Origin: a bacterium
GTDB taxonomy: Bacteria > Patescibacteriota > UBA1384 > 2-12-FULL-50-11
DNA length: 64,000 nucleotides
Assembly (NCBI GenBank): GCA_021463485.1
Contig: JAJTYJ010000001.1
Span: forward strand, 139,932 to 203,931
Reading direction: 5' to 3'
Each line of letters starts with the position of its first letter. Position 1 is the stretch's first letter. A program made the position numbers and the translations under genes. Below, piece by piece: positions 18,154 to 28,243 of the stretch. The notes below the pieces were generated by a model that did no database searches, was not told where the DNA came from, and was given only the letters and a program-made list of their open reading frames with translations.

Positions 18154-19275
18154 CTAGTTTAAGTAGTCTTTGAGCTTTGAGGCTTCTTCGTGTTTTTTGA
18201 GTTTTTGTAATGCTTTAGCTTCTATCTGTCGGATACGCTCGCGAGTAACACCGAACTCTTTTCCGACTTCTTCCAACGTATGGGTACGAGCTGAGCCTTC
18301 TTCAGCATCTAATCCGAAACGCATTCGTAAGATTTTTTGTTCGCGTGGCGTTAAAATCGAGAGCGACTCCTCGACGTGACCCTTCATCAACTGATAAATC
18401 GCTTGCTCTTCCGGTGAGATCGTATTTTTATCTTCAATAAACTCGCCTAGGCTCGAGTCGCCTTCGTCGCCAACAGGGGATTCAAGCGAAACTGTTTCTT
18501 GTGAGATTTTCATAATGTGTTCGAGCTTATCGAGCTCGACGCCGAGTTTTTTGGCTAACTCTTCGTGGGTTGGCTCGCGACCGAGCTCCTGTTGAAGTTC
18601 GCGTTGCGTACGCATATATCGGTTGATGGTCTCGACCATATGAACTGGGATACGAATAGTGCGAGCTTGGTCGGCGATCGCTCGGGTAATTGCTTGGCGG
18701 ATCCACCACGTGGCGTACGTTGAGAACTTAAAGCCTTTTTTGTAATCGAACTTCTCTACCGCCCGATGCAAACCAAGATTTCCTTCTTGGATTAAATCCA
18801 AAAGCGACAAACCGCGACCGATGTATTTTTTGGCAATCGAGACGACTAATCGAAGGTTAGCTTCGGCTAGTTTTCGTTTGGCCGCCTTATCACCACGCTC
18901 AATCCGTTTGGCTAATCGAACCTCTTCGTCACCAGTTAAGAGCGGGTACTGACCGATCTCACGAAGATACATACGGACCGAGTCTTCGCTTAGTCCGGTA
19001 ATATCGTCGTCTTTGACTACTTTTTTCTTGCCGGTTTCTATTTCGGGAATGTCGAGTAAGGGTTTTGGTTCGCGTAACTCAACCCCGATCGTATCTAGGT
19101 AGCGCATAAACTCATCAACTACCTCTAAATCATTTTCCGGCTCGGTGAAGCTCTGCAAGATTTCTTTATATGTTACGAATCCGTGCGCCCGGCCTTTGCG
19201 AATGAGATACATCAGCTCCTCAGGAAAATTAAGACCGACGTCTTGTTTTATTTTTTTCGGCACTGCTTTTGTCAT
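18154..19275 (-). CDS. rpoD: RNA polymerase primary sigma factor
   Basis: [47 protein letters not shown]. Confidence 0.97.
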   Translation of the reverse strand: MTKAVPKKIKQDVGLNFPEELMYLIRKGRAHGFVTYKEILQSFTEPENDLEVVDEFMRYLDTIGVELREPKPLLDIPEIETGKKKVVKDDDITGLSEDSVRMYLREIGQYPLLTGDEEVRLAKRIERGDKAAKRKLAEANLRLVVSIAKKYIGRGLSLLDLIQEGNLGLHRAVEKFDYKKGFKFSTYATWWIRQAITRAIADQARTIRIPVHMVETINRYMRTQRELQQELGREPTHEELAKKLGVELDKLEHIMKISQETVSLESPVGDEGDSSLGEFIEDKNTISPEEQAIYQLMKGHVEESLSILTPREQKILRMRFGLDAEEGSARTHTLEEVGKEFGVTRERIRQIEAKALQKLKKHEEASKLKDYLN

Positions 19276-21023
19276 ACGTTATTCTCCTTAGTCTGTTTTG
19301 ATAGTTCGTTTAATTCGTTCATTAACCGCTTCACTTCTGTTAAATCGCCGGCCTGCTGCGCTCGTTGAATACCACTAGCTAGCGCGGATTTTTGCTGATC
19401 GTATTGTTTTGTTGAGAGTTGAGAAAATTTTTCCTGTAGCAGCTCTTCCGTAAGCGCCGGCGAAAGCTGCTCCCATTGGGAAGAGAGCCAAAATTGCCAC
19501 GAGTCAATCTTCTCACTTATGCGTGGGTCAAGATCGGTTTTCACCTGTGAAGAAAAGCGGGACGGGTTCTTCACCAAAGTTCCATCAGTATACCACTTCT
19601 TGATTGAAGAGGCAATCAGCTCGGCGTCCATGCTCTGCCAAACTACGTCTTCAATTTTTTTAAGATGACGCTTAATCCCAGACGGGTTAGAGAGAAGTAG
19701 TGCAAGTAGCTGCTCCTCATTGGTTAGCGTGGGCGGCTTTTCGACTACTCTTGAGCTGCCAGTGTCTGGAGTTTTTGGTTGGCTCGTTTTTTTTAAGGTT
19801 GTGTATAAGCTTTCCGAGCTAACTTGTAACAGTGAGGCAAGACGCTGAACGTAGTAGTCGAGTCTTGTGGCGTCTGGAACCAGCTGCAGCGTCGGCAAAA
19901 TCATGGAGGTTAATTTCTTTTTGTTCTCGATAAATTGGAGGGAACCAACAGCTCTAACTTTCTGGTTAATAAGCCAATCGACCATTTCTGTAGCGCTTTT
20001 TAGTGTGTCTGCCCACGTCTTCGGCGCCTTTTCAAAGAGCTCGCCGGCATCTTTATACGAACCAAAACTTAACACCCGACCGCTCAGGTCATTCTTGAGT
20101 AGTAATTGAACAACTTTCTCGGTCGTACTGACGCCGGCTGCGTCGCCGTCGAAGCCGAGGACGAAATTTTGAGTGTATTTAGAGAGAATCTGAAGCTGCT
20201 GCTCGGTTACAGCAGTCCCCGAACTGGCAACAACTTCAGTAACACCAGCCTGATGCAGCGCGATAACATCCAGCTGGCCCTCAACTAAAATCACTCGATC
20301 TTCTTTTTTAATACCAGCCTTTGCCAGATGCAGTCCGTATAGAACCCGGCCTTTTGAGAATAATTGAGTTTCAGGAGAGTTGAGATACTTTGGCTGGGCG
20401 TCTCCGAGCGAGCGACCGGTAAAGGCAATAACGTTCCCAAGTACGTCGTAGATTGGGAATATAATTCGATCGAAGAATTTCTCCGGAGAGCCAGCGCGCT
20501 GTAGATCGGCGGCGGTTACCCCTTTGCTAGCCATCAATTTTTGCAACGAGATGCGTTTCGAAGCAAATCCGACACCAAACTCCTTTAACGAATCTGTTGA
20601 AATTTGACGCGACTCTAGATACGCCAAAGCCGCTTTACCTTCTGGTGTCCCAAATAAAACTTTTTGGAATATCGCTGCTGCCAGTTTATTTACTCGATAG
20701 AGCAGCTCCTTGCGACCCTGGCTTTGATGCTCAGCCGTAGTTCGCGGCTGCAACGTAACCCCAGCTTTCTGTGCTAAGAGTCTAAGAACGTCGCCGAACT
20801 CAAGGTGTTCGGCCTCCATTACGAACGTGTAGTGATCGCCGCCCTTACCGCAGCCGAAGCACTTCCAGATCTGTTTTTGCGGGCTAACCATCATCGACGG
20901 CGTTTTCTCCTGATGAAACGGGCAGACGCCTTTGTAGTTAGTACCGGCTTTCTTTAAAACGACGTACTGACTAATCAAATCAACAAGATCCAGCCGTCCC
21001 TTTATTTCCTCAACTTCGTTCAT
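19272..21023 (-). CDS. dnaG: DNA primase
   Basis: [14 protein letters not shown] Zn finger, [27 protein letters not shown]. Confidence 0.96.
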   Translation of the reverse strand: MNEVEEIKGRLDLVDLISQYVVLKKAGTNYKGVCPFHQEKTPSMMVSPQKQIWKCFGCGKGGDHYTFVMEAEHLEFGDVLRLLAQKAGVTLQPRTTAEHQSQGRKELLYRVNKLAAAIFQKVLFGTPEGKAALAYLESRQISTDSLKEFGVGFASKRISLQKLMASKGVTAADLQRAGSPEKFFDRIIFPIYDVLGNVIAFTGRSLGDAQPKYLNSPETQLFSKGRVLYGLHLAKAGIKKEDRVILVEGQLDVIALHQAGVTEVVASSGTAVTEQQLQILSKYTQNFVLGFDGDAAGVSTTEKVVQLLLKNDLSGRVLSFGSYKDAGELFEKAPKTWADTLKSATEMVDWLINQKVRAVGSLQFIENKKKLTSMILPTLQLVPDATRLDYYVQRLASLLQVSSESLYTTLKKTSQPKTPDTGSSRVVEKPPTLTNEEQLLALLLSNPSGIKRHLKKIEDVVWQSMDAELIASSIKKWYTDGTLVKNPSRFSSQVKTDLDPRISEKIDSWQFWLSSQWEQLSPALTEELLQEKFSQLSTKQYDQQKSALASGIQRAQQAGDLTEVKRLMNELNELSKQTKENNV

Positions 21024-21156
21024 CGCTTACACGGAGAATAACAGATACGGGACCAGAAGAGTATACCGAGAAACTACTGGATCTTTCGGACATTTTTTAG
21101 TATCATTCTAAAACGTTTCCGCAAAAACGGAGGCGAACATCGGAGGGTAATGCACA

Positions 21157-21447
21157 TTGCAACTCAGTAACTGTAAGAACGAACGGCAGCTCATGGTAGC
21201 TGCTGCCCAACACATCGGGGCAAACCCGAGAAGTAGGACCATCAATCAGGTCTACCGCGCCGTGCAAAGGTCGGGCCGACTGCTCGACAAACCGCACAAG
21301 ACGCTTCAGCGGATCGACGCGACCCGGGAGGGAATCGCCGAGCTGAAGAAGGACGGTCACGACCATCACATTCCGCGCTACGTCCGACGCGCTCTGGTGG
21401 ACGGGCAGCCCTGCCCCAAGAAGTTCTTGCAATCCGTCGTCGGCTAA
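21157..21447 (+). CDS. Orphan basic hypothetical protein; start uncertain, possibly frameshifted
   Basis: GC-rich ORF with its own terminator; the SD-led ATG at 21150 is out of frame. Confidence 0.5.
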   Translation: MQLSNCKNERQLMVAAAQHIGANPRSRTINQVYRAVQRSGRLLDKPHKTLQRIDATREGIAELKKDGHDHHIPRYVRRALVDGQPCPKKFLQSVVG

Positions 21448-21456
21448 TTGCCGACC

Positions 21457-21490
21457 TGCCCACTCGTGCGATGAGTGGGCATATTTTTTT
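21457..21490 (+). terminator. Intrinsic terminator
   Basis: TGCCCACTCG...TGAGTGGGCA stem followed by a T7 tract. Confidence 0.75.
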
Positions 21491-21527
21491 GCATTTTTCA
21501 GGTAAAATTACCAAGAACATAGATTTA

Positions 21528-21617
21528 GGAAGAGTCGCCTAGTGGCCTATGGCGCCGCCTTGGAAAGGCGGTTTATCCGCAAGGGTATCGTGGGTTCGAA
21601 TCCCACCTCTTCCGCCA
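21528..21617 (+). tRNA. tRNA-Ser (anticodon GGA)
   Basis: GGAAGAG/CTCTTCC acceptor stem, CCGCC-ttGGAaa-GGCGG anticodon arm, long variable arm, GTTCGAATC T-loop, encoded CCA. Confidence 0.96.
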
Positions 21618-21689
21618 GTTTTAGATAGACAAGTTGTTAGACATCCCTTATCGTATACAGGACTAACTAACTACTAGCGAGGTGAGCTA

Positions 21690-22067
21690 ATGAGTAAAAA
21701 TAGAGTTGTCCATTTCGAAATCGGCGCAGAGGATCCGGAGAAGTTGTCTGAGTTTTATAAGAAAGCCCTGGGTTGGGAGATTAACTTGTGGCCAGGCAGC
21801 GACTATTGGATGGTTGGCAAGACAGAAGATAGAGCAGAGGGAGCAATTTTTGGCGGCATCATGAAACGTTACGAGAGCGAAAAAACCATCAACACCATTG
21901 AAACCGAAGATATCGCCGCCACAATTAAAGATATTGAGGCTAACGGCGGGAAGGTTGTTAAACCGCTGGCTGATATGCCGATGGGGCCAGAAGAAATTAT
22001 GCGCTGGTGCTACTGCGAAGACCCACAGGGCAATATCTTTGGCCTGATGCAAGCCATCAAAAAGTAA
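21690..22067 (+). CDS. VOC/glyoxalase family protein
   Basis: VVHFEIGAEDPE...FYKKALGW and EDPQGNIFGL. Confidence 0.9.
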   Translation: MSKNRVVHFEIGAEDPEKLSEFYKKALGWEINLWPGSDYWMVGKTEDRAEGAIFGGIMKRYESEKTINTIETEDIAATIKDIEANGGKVVKPLADMPMGPEEIMRWCYCEDPQGNIFGLMQAIKK

Positions 22068-22119
22068 AAAATTGTTATCTCGACCTGACAATCTCTATAG
22101 CTTTTGCTATGTTGGCTTC

Positions 22120-22860
22120 ATGGATGAATTGCCATCCCCGAACCAACAAACGGTTAACCCAGTAGTAGCCGAGAGGCCAAAGCCTAAACGATTCTGGCTT
22201 ATAATAACTGTGGTTCTTTTATTTCTTGTCGGGGTAGTAGTAGTGTTATCATATGGTAAACAAGATCGTGCTGGCCAATTGGAGCTGAACAATCAAACAA
22301 TGACAGTATCTACATCAGGGGATGTTAGTTGGGCAGATTTTTTTCCTAGACTAAGTTCGTATGGTTCACTAGTAAACAATCGGCCAGCAATACCGAGCGG
22401 TTACGAAAGATTTGCTATGCCAGCCCAAGCTGATCCGCTGCAATCGATCATCTGGGGTATGCCTGCTGATATCAAAAAATTATCTGATGACCCTGAAGGG
22501 TTTAGCTACTCTGAATCAAGTGCGGGGATGTTTGAGGTTAACATTTCTATGAACGTCGGCGTCAACGAGCAAGGCCAATTTGAATCATCAGATGGGACAC
22601 TTTCCGAAGAAAAGCTTTCTAAGCAAGACGGAATAACTGATGTACGGCTTATCGAAGGGACACTCGCTGGCACTTCCAACATACCGGTAGCCGCTGTTAC
22701 CGCAAATCTGTCGGGAAAGCCTATTTACCTTGCCTACGTCGGTATTGGCAAAATAACAGACGAGAATACCGTGATGATGATTTCGTTCAAAGGTGGGCAA
22801 GCATCAGACAAGAACACTATTTGGCAGGAATTTACTAAGAGTCTCGGCATCTCTAATTGA
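22120..22860 (+). CDS. Membrane-anchored extracellular hypothetical protein
   Basis: Start reassigned to MDELPS (6 nt after TATGTT); single TM after KPKRFW. Confidence 0.65.
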   Translation: MDELPSPNQQTVNPVVAERPKPKRFWLIITVVLLFLVGVVVVLSYGKQDRAGQLELNNQTMTVSTSGDVSWADFFPRLSSYGSLVNNRPAIPSGYERFAMPAQADPLQSIIWGMPADIKKLSDDPEGFSYSESSAGMFEVNISMNVGVNEQGQFESSDGTLSEEKLSKQDGITDVRLIEGTLAGTSNIPVAAVTANLSGKPIYLAYVGIGKITDENTVMMISFKGGQASDKNTIWQEFTKSLGISN

Positions 22861-22864
22861 CTTA

Positions 22865-23434
22865 ATGGAGCGGTGTAGCTGGCCGGGTAAAAACGAGCTG
22901 ATGGTTCGTTATCACGACGAAGAGTGGGGGGTGCCGTGCTATGACGATCAAAAGCTGTTTGAGTTTGTAGTTCTCGATACATTCCAAGCTGGCTTAAGTT
23001 GGGCAATTGTATTGAATAAACGAGAGGGTTTTCGCCAAGCTTTCGATAACTTTAACCCTCAAAAAATCGCCAATTATTCTGAGAAAAAAATTGAGGAGCT
23101 GATCCAAAATAAAAATATCATTCGGAACAGATTAAAGATCCGGGGGACAGTTAAAAATGCCCAGGCATTCCTGAAAGCTCAGAAGGAGTTCGGCAGCTTC
23201 GCTAGTTATCTTTGGGGATTCGTGAATGATCGGCCAATTATTAATCGTCATGTTCAAGATTCTGATATTGGCGCAACCAGCCCTGAGTCTGACGCAATGA
23301 GTAAAGATATGAAGAAAAGGGGTTTTACGTTTTGCGGCTCGACCGTTTGTTACGCTTTTATGCAGGGCGCTGGTTTGGTTAACGACCACGTTGTTAGTTG
23401 CTTCCGATATAAAGAAGTCCAGGGTATAGTTTAA
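22865..23434 (+). CDS. tag: DNA-3-methyladenine glycosylase I
   Basis: RCSW...YHDEEWG, FQAGLSW, IIRNRLKI, NDHVVSC; start reassigned to MERCSW. Confidence 0.93.
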   Translation: MERCSWPGKNELMVRYHDEEWGVPCYDDQKLFEFVVLDTFQAGLSWAIVLNKREGFRQAFDNFNPQKIANYSEKKIEELIQNKNIIRNRLKIRGTVKNAQAFLKAQKEFGSFASYLWGFVNDRPIINRHVQDSDIGATSPESDAMSKDMKKRGFTFCGSTVCYAFMQGAGLVNDHVVSCFRYKEVQGIV

Positions 23435-23437
23435 GTG

Positions 23438-24187
23438 ATGATTCCTCGAGTAACTATTATTTGTTCAACACTACTTGTGCTTACATGTAACGTTCTGGCT
23501 AACATACTGCCATTTAACGGCATAACCACTGCTGCTGTTTCTGATTCGTTTGACGTCTTTTTTGTGCCGGCAGGATACGTGTTCAGTATCTGGGGAGTGA
23601 TATATCTACTATTGATAAGTTTCACGATCTACACCTTCTTAGATCGATCCGACGACAATGGACGAATTTCTCGAATAGCACCCTGGTACCTGTTAAGTTC
23701 TGTCGCAAATAGTGCCTGGTTATTAAGCTGGCACTACCAACAATTTGGATTGAGCGTAGTCTTAATGGTGGTTCTGCTACTCTCACTAATTCGAATCTAT
23801 ATGCTATCACGACCCGCCCTAGATAAACGTGAGTATTGGATGAGCAGTCTACCTTTTAGTGTTTATTTGGGTTGGATATCAGTGGCTACAATTGCCAACG
23901 TCGCTGCGTACTTGGATTACGTCTCTTGGAACGGCTTTGGAATTATCGAGTCAGCTTGGGCTTCGATAATGATAACTATTGCTGGACTACTTGGCATTAT
24001 CTTTGCATTACGACTTAGGGACGCCGCCTACACACTGGTTATTCTTTGGGCGATCGCTGGAATCTGGGTGAATTTTCCACTTCAAAAAAGTATCGTCACG
24101 GCCGTACAGGCTGTCGGCATACTGCTAGTAGTTGCTGTCATCTTTGCGGTTACTAAACAGAAGCCAACCAATGCAGCAACTAACTGA
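23438..24187 (+). CDS. TspO/MBR-like tryptophan-rich membrane protein
   Basis: [32 protein letters not shown]. Confidence 0.75.
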   Translation: MIPRVTIICSTLLVLTCNVLANILPFNGITTAAVSDSFDVFFVPAGYVFSIWGVIYLLLISFTIYTFLDRSDDNGRISRIAPWYLLSSVANSAWLLSWHYQQFGLSVVLMVVLLLSLIRIYMLSRPALDKREYWMSSLPFSVYLGWISVATIANVAAYLDYVSWNGFGIIESAWASIMITIAGLLGIIFALRLRDAAYTLVILWAIAGIWVNFPLQKSIVTAVQAVGILLVVAVIFAVTKQKPTNAATN

Positions 24188-24560
24188 GGATCAATGGAAA
24201 GAAAGTCTAACCCCCGAGCAGTACGAAGTATTGAGGCTAAAGGGAACTGACGCACCGTTCTCGGGAGAGTACGTCGATTTTCACGAAAACGGTGATTACG
24301 TCTGCGCAGCCTGTAACAATAAGCTATTTAACTCGGAAACAAAGTACGACTCACACTGCGGCTGGCCGAGCTTTTTTGATATTGCTAAACAAGGAACCAT
24401 AGAATTACACGAAGACCGATCACACGGAATGGTTCGCACTGAAGTAACGTGCGCTAATTGCGGTGGTCACCTAGGACACGTTTTTGACGATGGCCCCAAA
24501 GATAAAACCGGTAAACGGTACTGCATAAACTCCACTTCGCTAAAATTCAAAGCGAGATAG
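24171..24560 (+). CDS. msrB: Peptide methionine sulfoxide reductase MsrB
   Basis: [25 protein letters not shown]; start reassigned to MQQLTE. Confidence 0.95.
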   Translation: MQQLTEDQWKESLTPEQYEVLRLKGTDAPFSGEYVDFHENGDYVCAACNNKLFNSETKYDSHCGWPSFFDIAKQGTIELHEDRSHGMVRTEVTCANCGGHLGHVFDDGPKDKTGKRYCINSTSLKFKAR

Positions 24561-24561
24561 C

Positions 24562-25551
24562 ATGAAAAAAATTGTGTTGTGGGCTGTACTCGTCGCAATA
24601 CTACTCGTGAGCGCATTAATTCTCTTTAAAAGAGCGAAACAACCTAGTGCAAATACAGAAACAACCATAAGTTACGACCAACAGAGGTTAAGGGGCGTAA
24701 GTTGGTCGCCAAAATCAAGTAGCATGGCCGACCTCAATGCTTTCTTCCAACTCGTTCCAAGCATCGGCAACGCGCTTAGCTGGGCGGGGAATTATCAAGA
24801 TTTAGCAAAAACAACCGGTAACGCCGCCCGAACTGTCATCGAACAATCTAGGAAGTATAATATTACCCCCATCATTATTACCGGCCCGAACAACAACGAA
24901 GTGCTCGATGGCATCGGTCAAAAAAACTTTCGGAATGCAGTATTGAACTTTGTTAAAGAGAACGACGTTCCCTATATCGGGTTAGGTAACGAGATCGATG
25001 AGATATATTTAGAGTCGCCAACTCGTTACGAGAATTTGATCAGAATAATCGAACAGCTGGCAGTCGATGTTCGGGTTGCTTCACCCGACACTAAAGTATT
25101 TACAATCTTTCAGCTGGAGCGAGTAAAGGGCATGCGTGGCGGTCTATTCGGTGGGAAAAACGATCCCAGTATAAATAGTTGGCCCCTAATTGCCGAGATC
25201 AAGAATCTGGATTTCGTGGCGTTTACCAGCTATCCGTGTTTAATTTACAAGAGCCCTGCCGAAATTCCCGACGAGTACTACTCAGAAATTGCTAATTATA
25301 CGTCGCTACCAGTCATTTTTACTGAAATCGGATGGTTCCGTGAAACTCCGACTACCGGCTGGGAGAGCTCAGAAGCAGAGCAGGCTCAGTTTGTACAACA
25401 ATTTAAACAATTGACCGAACGCATTGCGCCAAGCATTGTAATCTGGCCGTTTTTGTACGATCAAGATATCGCTACCCCATTTAAACAAATCGGACTACTT
25501 GGGCAAGAATCAACAACTTCACTCGGCTACGAAGCTTGGAAAAACTACTAG
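24562..25551 (+). CDS. Membrane-anchored clan GH-A glycoside hydrolase-like protein
   Basis: IGLGNEI (acid/base), FTSYP, FTEIGW (nucleophile), N-terminal TM. Confidence 0.7.
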   Translation: MKKIVLWAVLVAILLVSALILFKRAKQPSANTETTISYDQQRLRGVSWSPKSSSMADLNAFFQLVPSIGNALSWAGNYQDLAKTTGNAARTVIEQSRKYNITPIIITGPNNNEVLDGIGQKNFRNAVLNFVKENDVPYIGLGNEIDEIYLESPTRYENLIRIIEQLAVDVRVASPDTKVFTIFQLERVKGMRGGLFGGKNDPSINSWPLIAEIKNLDFVAFTSYPCLIYKSPAEIPDEYYSEIANYTSLPVIFTEIGWFRETPTTGWESSEAEQAQFVQQFKQLTERIAPSIVIWPFLYDQDIATPFKQIGLLGQESTTSLGYEAWKNY

Positions 25552-25593
25552 TATTTTGCAAATATTGACTCAATTCGCTATGTATTAGAAATA

Positions 25594-26274
25594 ATGCATG
25601 AGATACAGCAATACGTCATTAATCAGTTAATAAAACAGGACTTCTGTCGGTACCGAGACATTAAGCCGAAAGACATCGAGGGGAACTTATTTATGTATCA
25701 CCTGCGGAAACTAATTCGTGACGGATTTGTCGAGAAGGTAACGGCCGGTTACAGGCTCACTCGAAAAGGGTTGCGTATGGTCGATACGTTGAGTCTAAAA
25801 AATATGCAGCCCCGAATTCAACCAAAAATTGTTACGCTTATCGCTTGCCAAAATGAGCGGGGAGAGTGGCTGCTTTACCGCCGGACTAAACAACCGTTCT
25901 TCGGGCTGATCGGCTTTCCGTACGGTAAAATTCACCTTGGCGAACATATCCAAGACGCCGCGAACCGAGAGCTTGAGGAAAAAACTGGACTAACCGCCGA
26001 GCTCAGACACGCGGGAGACGTCTATCTAACCGTTGAAGACGAAGAGTCGTTGTTAACTCATATGCTCTTCCACGTTTTTCACGGCACACAAACTACTGGA
26101 TCGCTCAAAACCGACTCTGTCATAGGCGAATGTTTTTGGATGAGAGCTAACGATATTAAACCCGAAGAACTAATGCCCGGTTTTGCGGAAATTATCGAGC
26201 TGATTATGACTAAAGGCAAACACTTTTTTGCTGAATACAGCTTTTTGCTACCTGTTAACGAAGTTCGTACGTGA
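25594..26274 (+). CDS. wHTH plus NUDIX hydrolase domain protein
   Basis: YHLRKLIRDGFVEK...YRLT winged helix; GKIHLGEHIQDAANRELEEKTGL Nudix box. Confidence 0.82.
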   Translation: MHEIQQYVINQLIKQDFCRYRDIKPKDIEGNLFMYHLRKLIRDGFVEKVTAGYRLTRKGLRMVDTLSLKNMQPRIQPKIVTLIACQNERGEWLLYRRTKQPFFGLIGFPYGKIHLGEHIQDAANRELEEKTGLTAELRHAGDVYLTVEDEESLLTHMLFHVFHGTQTTGSLKTDSVIGECFWMRANDIKPEELMPGFAEIIELIMTKGKHFFAEYSFLLPVNEVRT

Positions 26275-26992
26275 TTGTTATCGAAAAACTTACCTCTTGT
26301 TCGCCGGGTAGAATAATTGGGGAGGTTACCGCGTCAGCGCTGCCGACCTTGCCTTCTAACGGAATAATTCCGCCGCCCCACTGAACTTCTGAGACTTTCT
26401 GAACTTTTCCGAGTTCTACGCCGAGGGTATCGGCTGTTTCTAGCGCTTTCTTTTTCCCGTCAGCTAGGGCAAGCGTTCGTGCTTTCGCTTCAAGTTCTTT
26501 ACGAGTCTTATTACTGAAGCCGTATTGCGGAGTAACTGTGTACTGTACCGGAGTAGTGGCAATGTAATCGGTCACTTTCTGAGCGAGCGTTTTATCGTTG
26601 ACAATCGCCGTTAGGGTGAAAATCGCCGTTAGCGAAGAGTTGTCTTTTCGCAGCGTATCCTCTGAAATAGGCATACCAGGCTCGTAGTAACCGACGCCGG
26701 TACTAATATTGGTGGTGATCTTCTTCTCTTCAACTCCAAGTTCTTTTAGTTTTGTCACAACATCGTTACCGAGCGTGGACACTGCCGCGATCGCTGTCTT
26801 TCGTTCTGAAGCCGTTTTCTGATACGTGGCGTTAAATGTAAACTCATCTGGCTCAGCAGTCAGCTCTGCTTGGCCGGTCACTTCGATCGTTCGGGTTTTT
26901 GTTTTTTCCCAGGGCCGCCAGAGCCCAAACATAACGAGAATCATAACCACCAGCGCTATTACCAGGAGCTTTAGATCGAGCTTAATTGTCAT
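26255..26992 (-). CDS. SIMPL (DUF541) domain protein
   Basis: TIEVTGQAELTAEPD...ALADGKKKA...LGVELG...PGEQEVSFSITITY. Confidence 0.85.
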   Translation of the reverse strand: MTIKLDLKLLVIALVVMILVMFGLWRPWEKTKTRTIEVTGQAELTAEPDEFTFNATYQKTASERKTAIAAVSTLGNDVVTKLKELGVEEKKITTNISTGVGYYEPGMPISEDTLRKDNSSLTAIFTLTAIVNDKTLAQKVTDYIATTPVQYTVTPQYGFSNKTRKELEAKARTLALADGKKKALETADTLGVELGKVQKVSEVQWGGGIIPLEGKVGSADAVTSPIILPGEQEVSFSITITYELR

Positions 26993-27079
26993 ACAAGAAT
27001 AATACTACTTCACTTCCGTTGATTCCACTGGTGTATTTACCTATAATTGAGCGGTCACGTTTTCGGTGCACCTACTATC

Positions 27080-28207
27080 ATGAAGAGAGAACATATCGGC
27101 TTTCTTATCAACATCCCCGCTAAGGGCGGGCACGGCGCAAAAGAAGCGCTAAAGCTACGCAACGGCCTACTTGGAAGAGTTATCCGAGAAGATACAGCCG
27201 AACAGTTCGCGATCGGACTCAAGTCGTCGCAATGCTACTTCGGTCCTTCCCCGGTAATAACTTGTAGCGACGGTGTCGAGATTGTGGTTCACATTCTCGG
27301 AGTTCCGGCAACTTCTGCAGCGCTACTCGACCAAAAACACCCGCTGCATCACCTTGCTATCGACCGTCTGCTAGCGGCACCAGAGGAACTACGCAAGCTC
27401 GCCAAAACCAGCTTGAGCGTACTTGGTCTTGGGGCGGCAACGGCCATTGCGGCTGGGCACGGCCGTTCGGTATTTCAGCAGGCTCGTTCGCTACCCGATC
27501 CGTACCTCGTCGTTACCTCAGGCAATACCGTTACAAGCGGGCTCTCGGTTGAGATTGCGAAAAAAGTTGTGGAGCAAGCGAGAATCAGCTATCCGTTCTC
27601 GATCGGGGTATTGGGCGGATTCGGCTCCACAGGTTCTCGGGTTGTCACTATGGCCGCTGAGGCTTTTAAACCACAGCGTATCGTAATAACCACAGGAACG
27701 TCAGAGCAAGACCACAGCAAGGAGTTATCCCGATATCGCGAGTGCCACCCACACACCGAGTTTGTCGTTGGAGATCTCTGCCAAGCAGTTGGCTGCCGGT
27801 TATCGTTTCTAGCGACTTCGAGCGTCTCAGCCTTAGCGATTAACCCAAACTGGGTTGCTCGTAACGCGATAATGATCGACATCGGTAAGCCGCTAAACAC
27901 CGAGCTGTCGCTGGCTCTTGCCCGACCCGACGTCACAATCGTTGACGGCTCGCTAGCGCTACTGCCAGAAGGCACCTATTGGAACGACCTTTGTCGACAG
28001 ATGAGCTTAGTAGCCAACATTGTGTTTGGCTGTTTAGCCGAGACAATCTTTCTCGGACATGAAGAAGCCGTCGGCAAACTCCTAGACTTTCACGGTAAAA
28101 CGACGTTCATCGGTCGTCCCGATGGAGAGTTGGCCCGGTCGATGGTCGATGGTTTAAAGAAGATCGGTCTCAACCCGCATGTTGTTCCCGCACATCGTCC
28201 ACACTAA
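27080..28207 (+). CDS. Acyl-ACP reductase-like / COG5322-type NAD(P)-dependent oxidoreductase
   Basis: LGLGA, VTSGNTVT, Rossmann GGFGSTG, IDIGKP, FGCLAETI; start taken as MKREHIG. Confidence 0.6.
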   Translation: MKREHIGFLINIPAKGGHGAKEALKLRNGLLGRVIREDTAEQFAIGLKSSQCYFGPSPVITCSDGVEIVVHILGVPATSAALLDQKHPLHHLAIDRLLAAPEELRKLAKTSLSVLGLGAATAIAAGHGRSVFQQARSLPDPYLVVTSGNTVTSGLSVEIAKKVVEQARISYPFSIGVLGGFGSTGSRVVTMAAEAFKPQRIVITTGTSEQDHSKELSRYRECHPHTEFVVGDLCQAVGCRLSFLATSSVSALAINPNWVARNAIMIDIGKPLNTELSLALARPDVTIVDGSLALLPEGTYWNDLCRQMSLVANIVFGCLAETIFLGHEEAVGKLLDFHGKTTFIGRPDGELARSMVDGLKKIGLNPHVVPAHRPH

Positions 28208-28230
28208 CCCCGCTTGCGGGGTTTCTTTTT
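28206..28230 (+). terminator. Intrinsic terminator
   Basis: AACCCCG...CGGGGTT stem plus T-tract. Confidence 0.75.
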
Positions 28231-28243
28231 ACCCAACATGGGA

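Noticed and set aside
21528-26274. tRNA-Ser-anchored genomic island (VOC, tag, TspO-like, msrB, GH, NUDIX)
   Set aside because: I found no integrase and no repeat of the tRNA 3' end by eye; the content looks like ordinary stress and repair genes.
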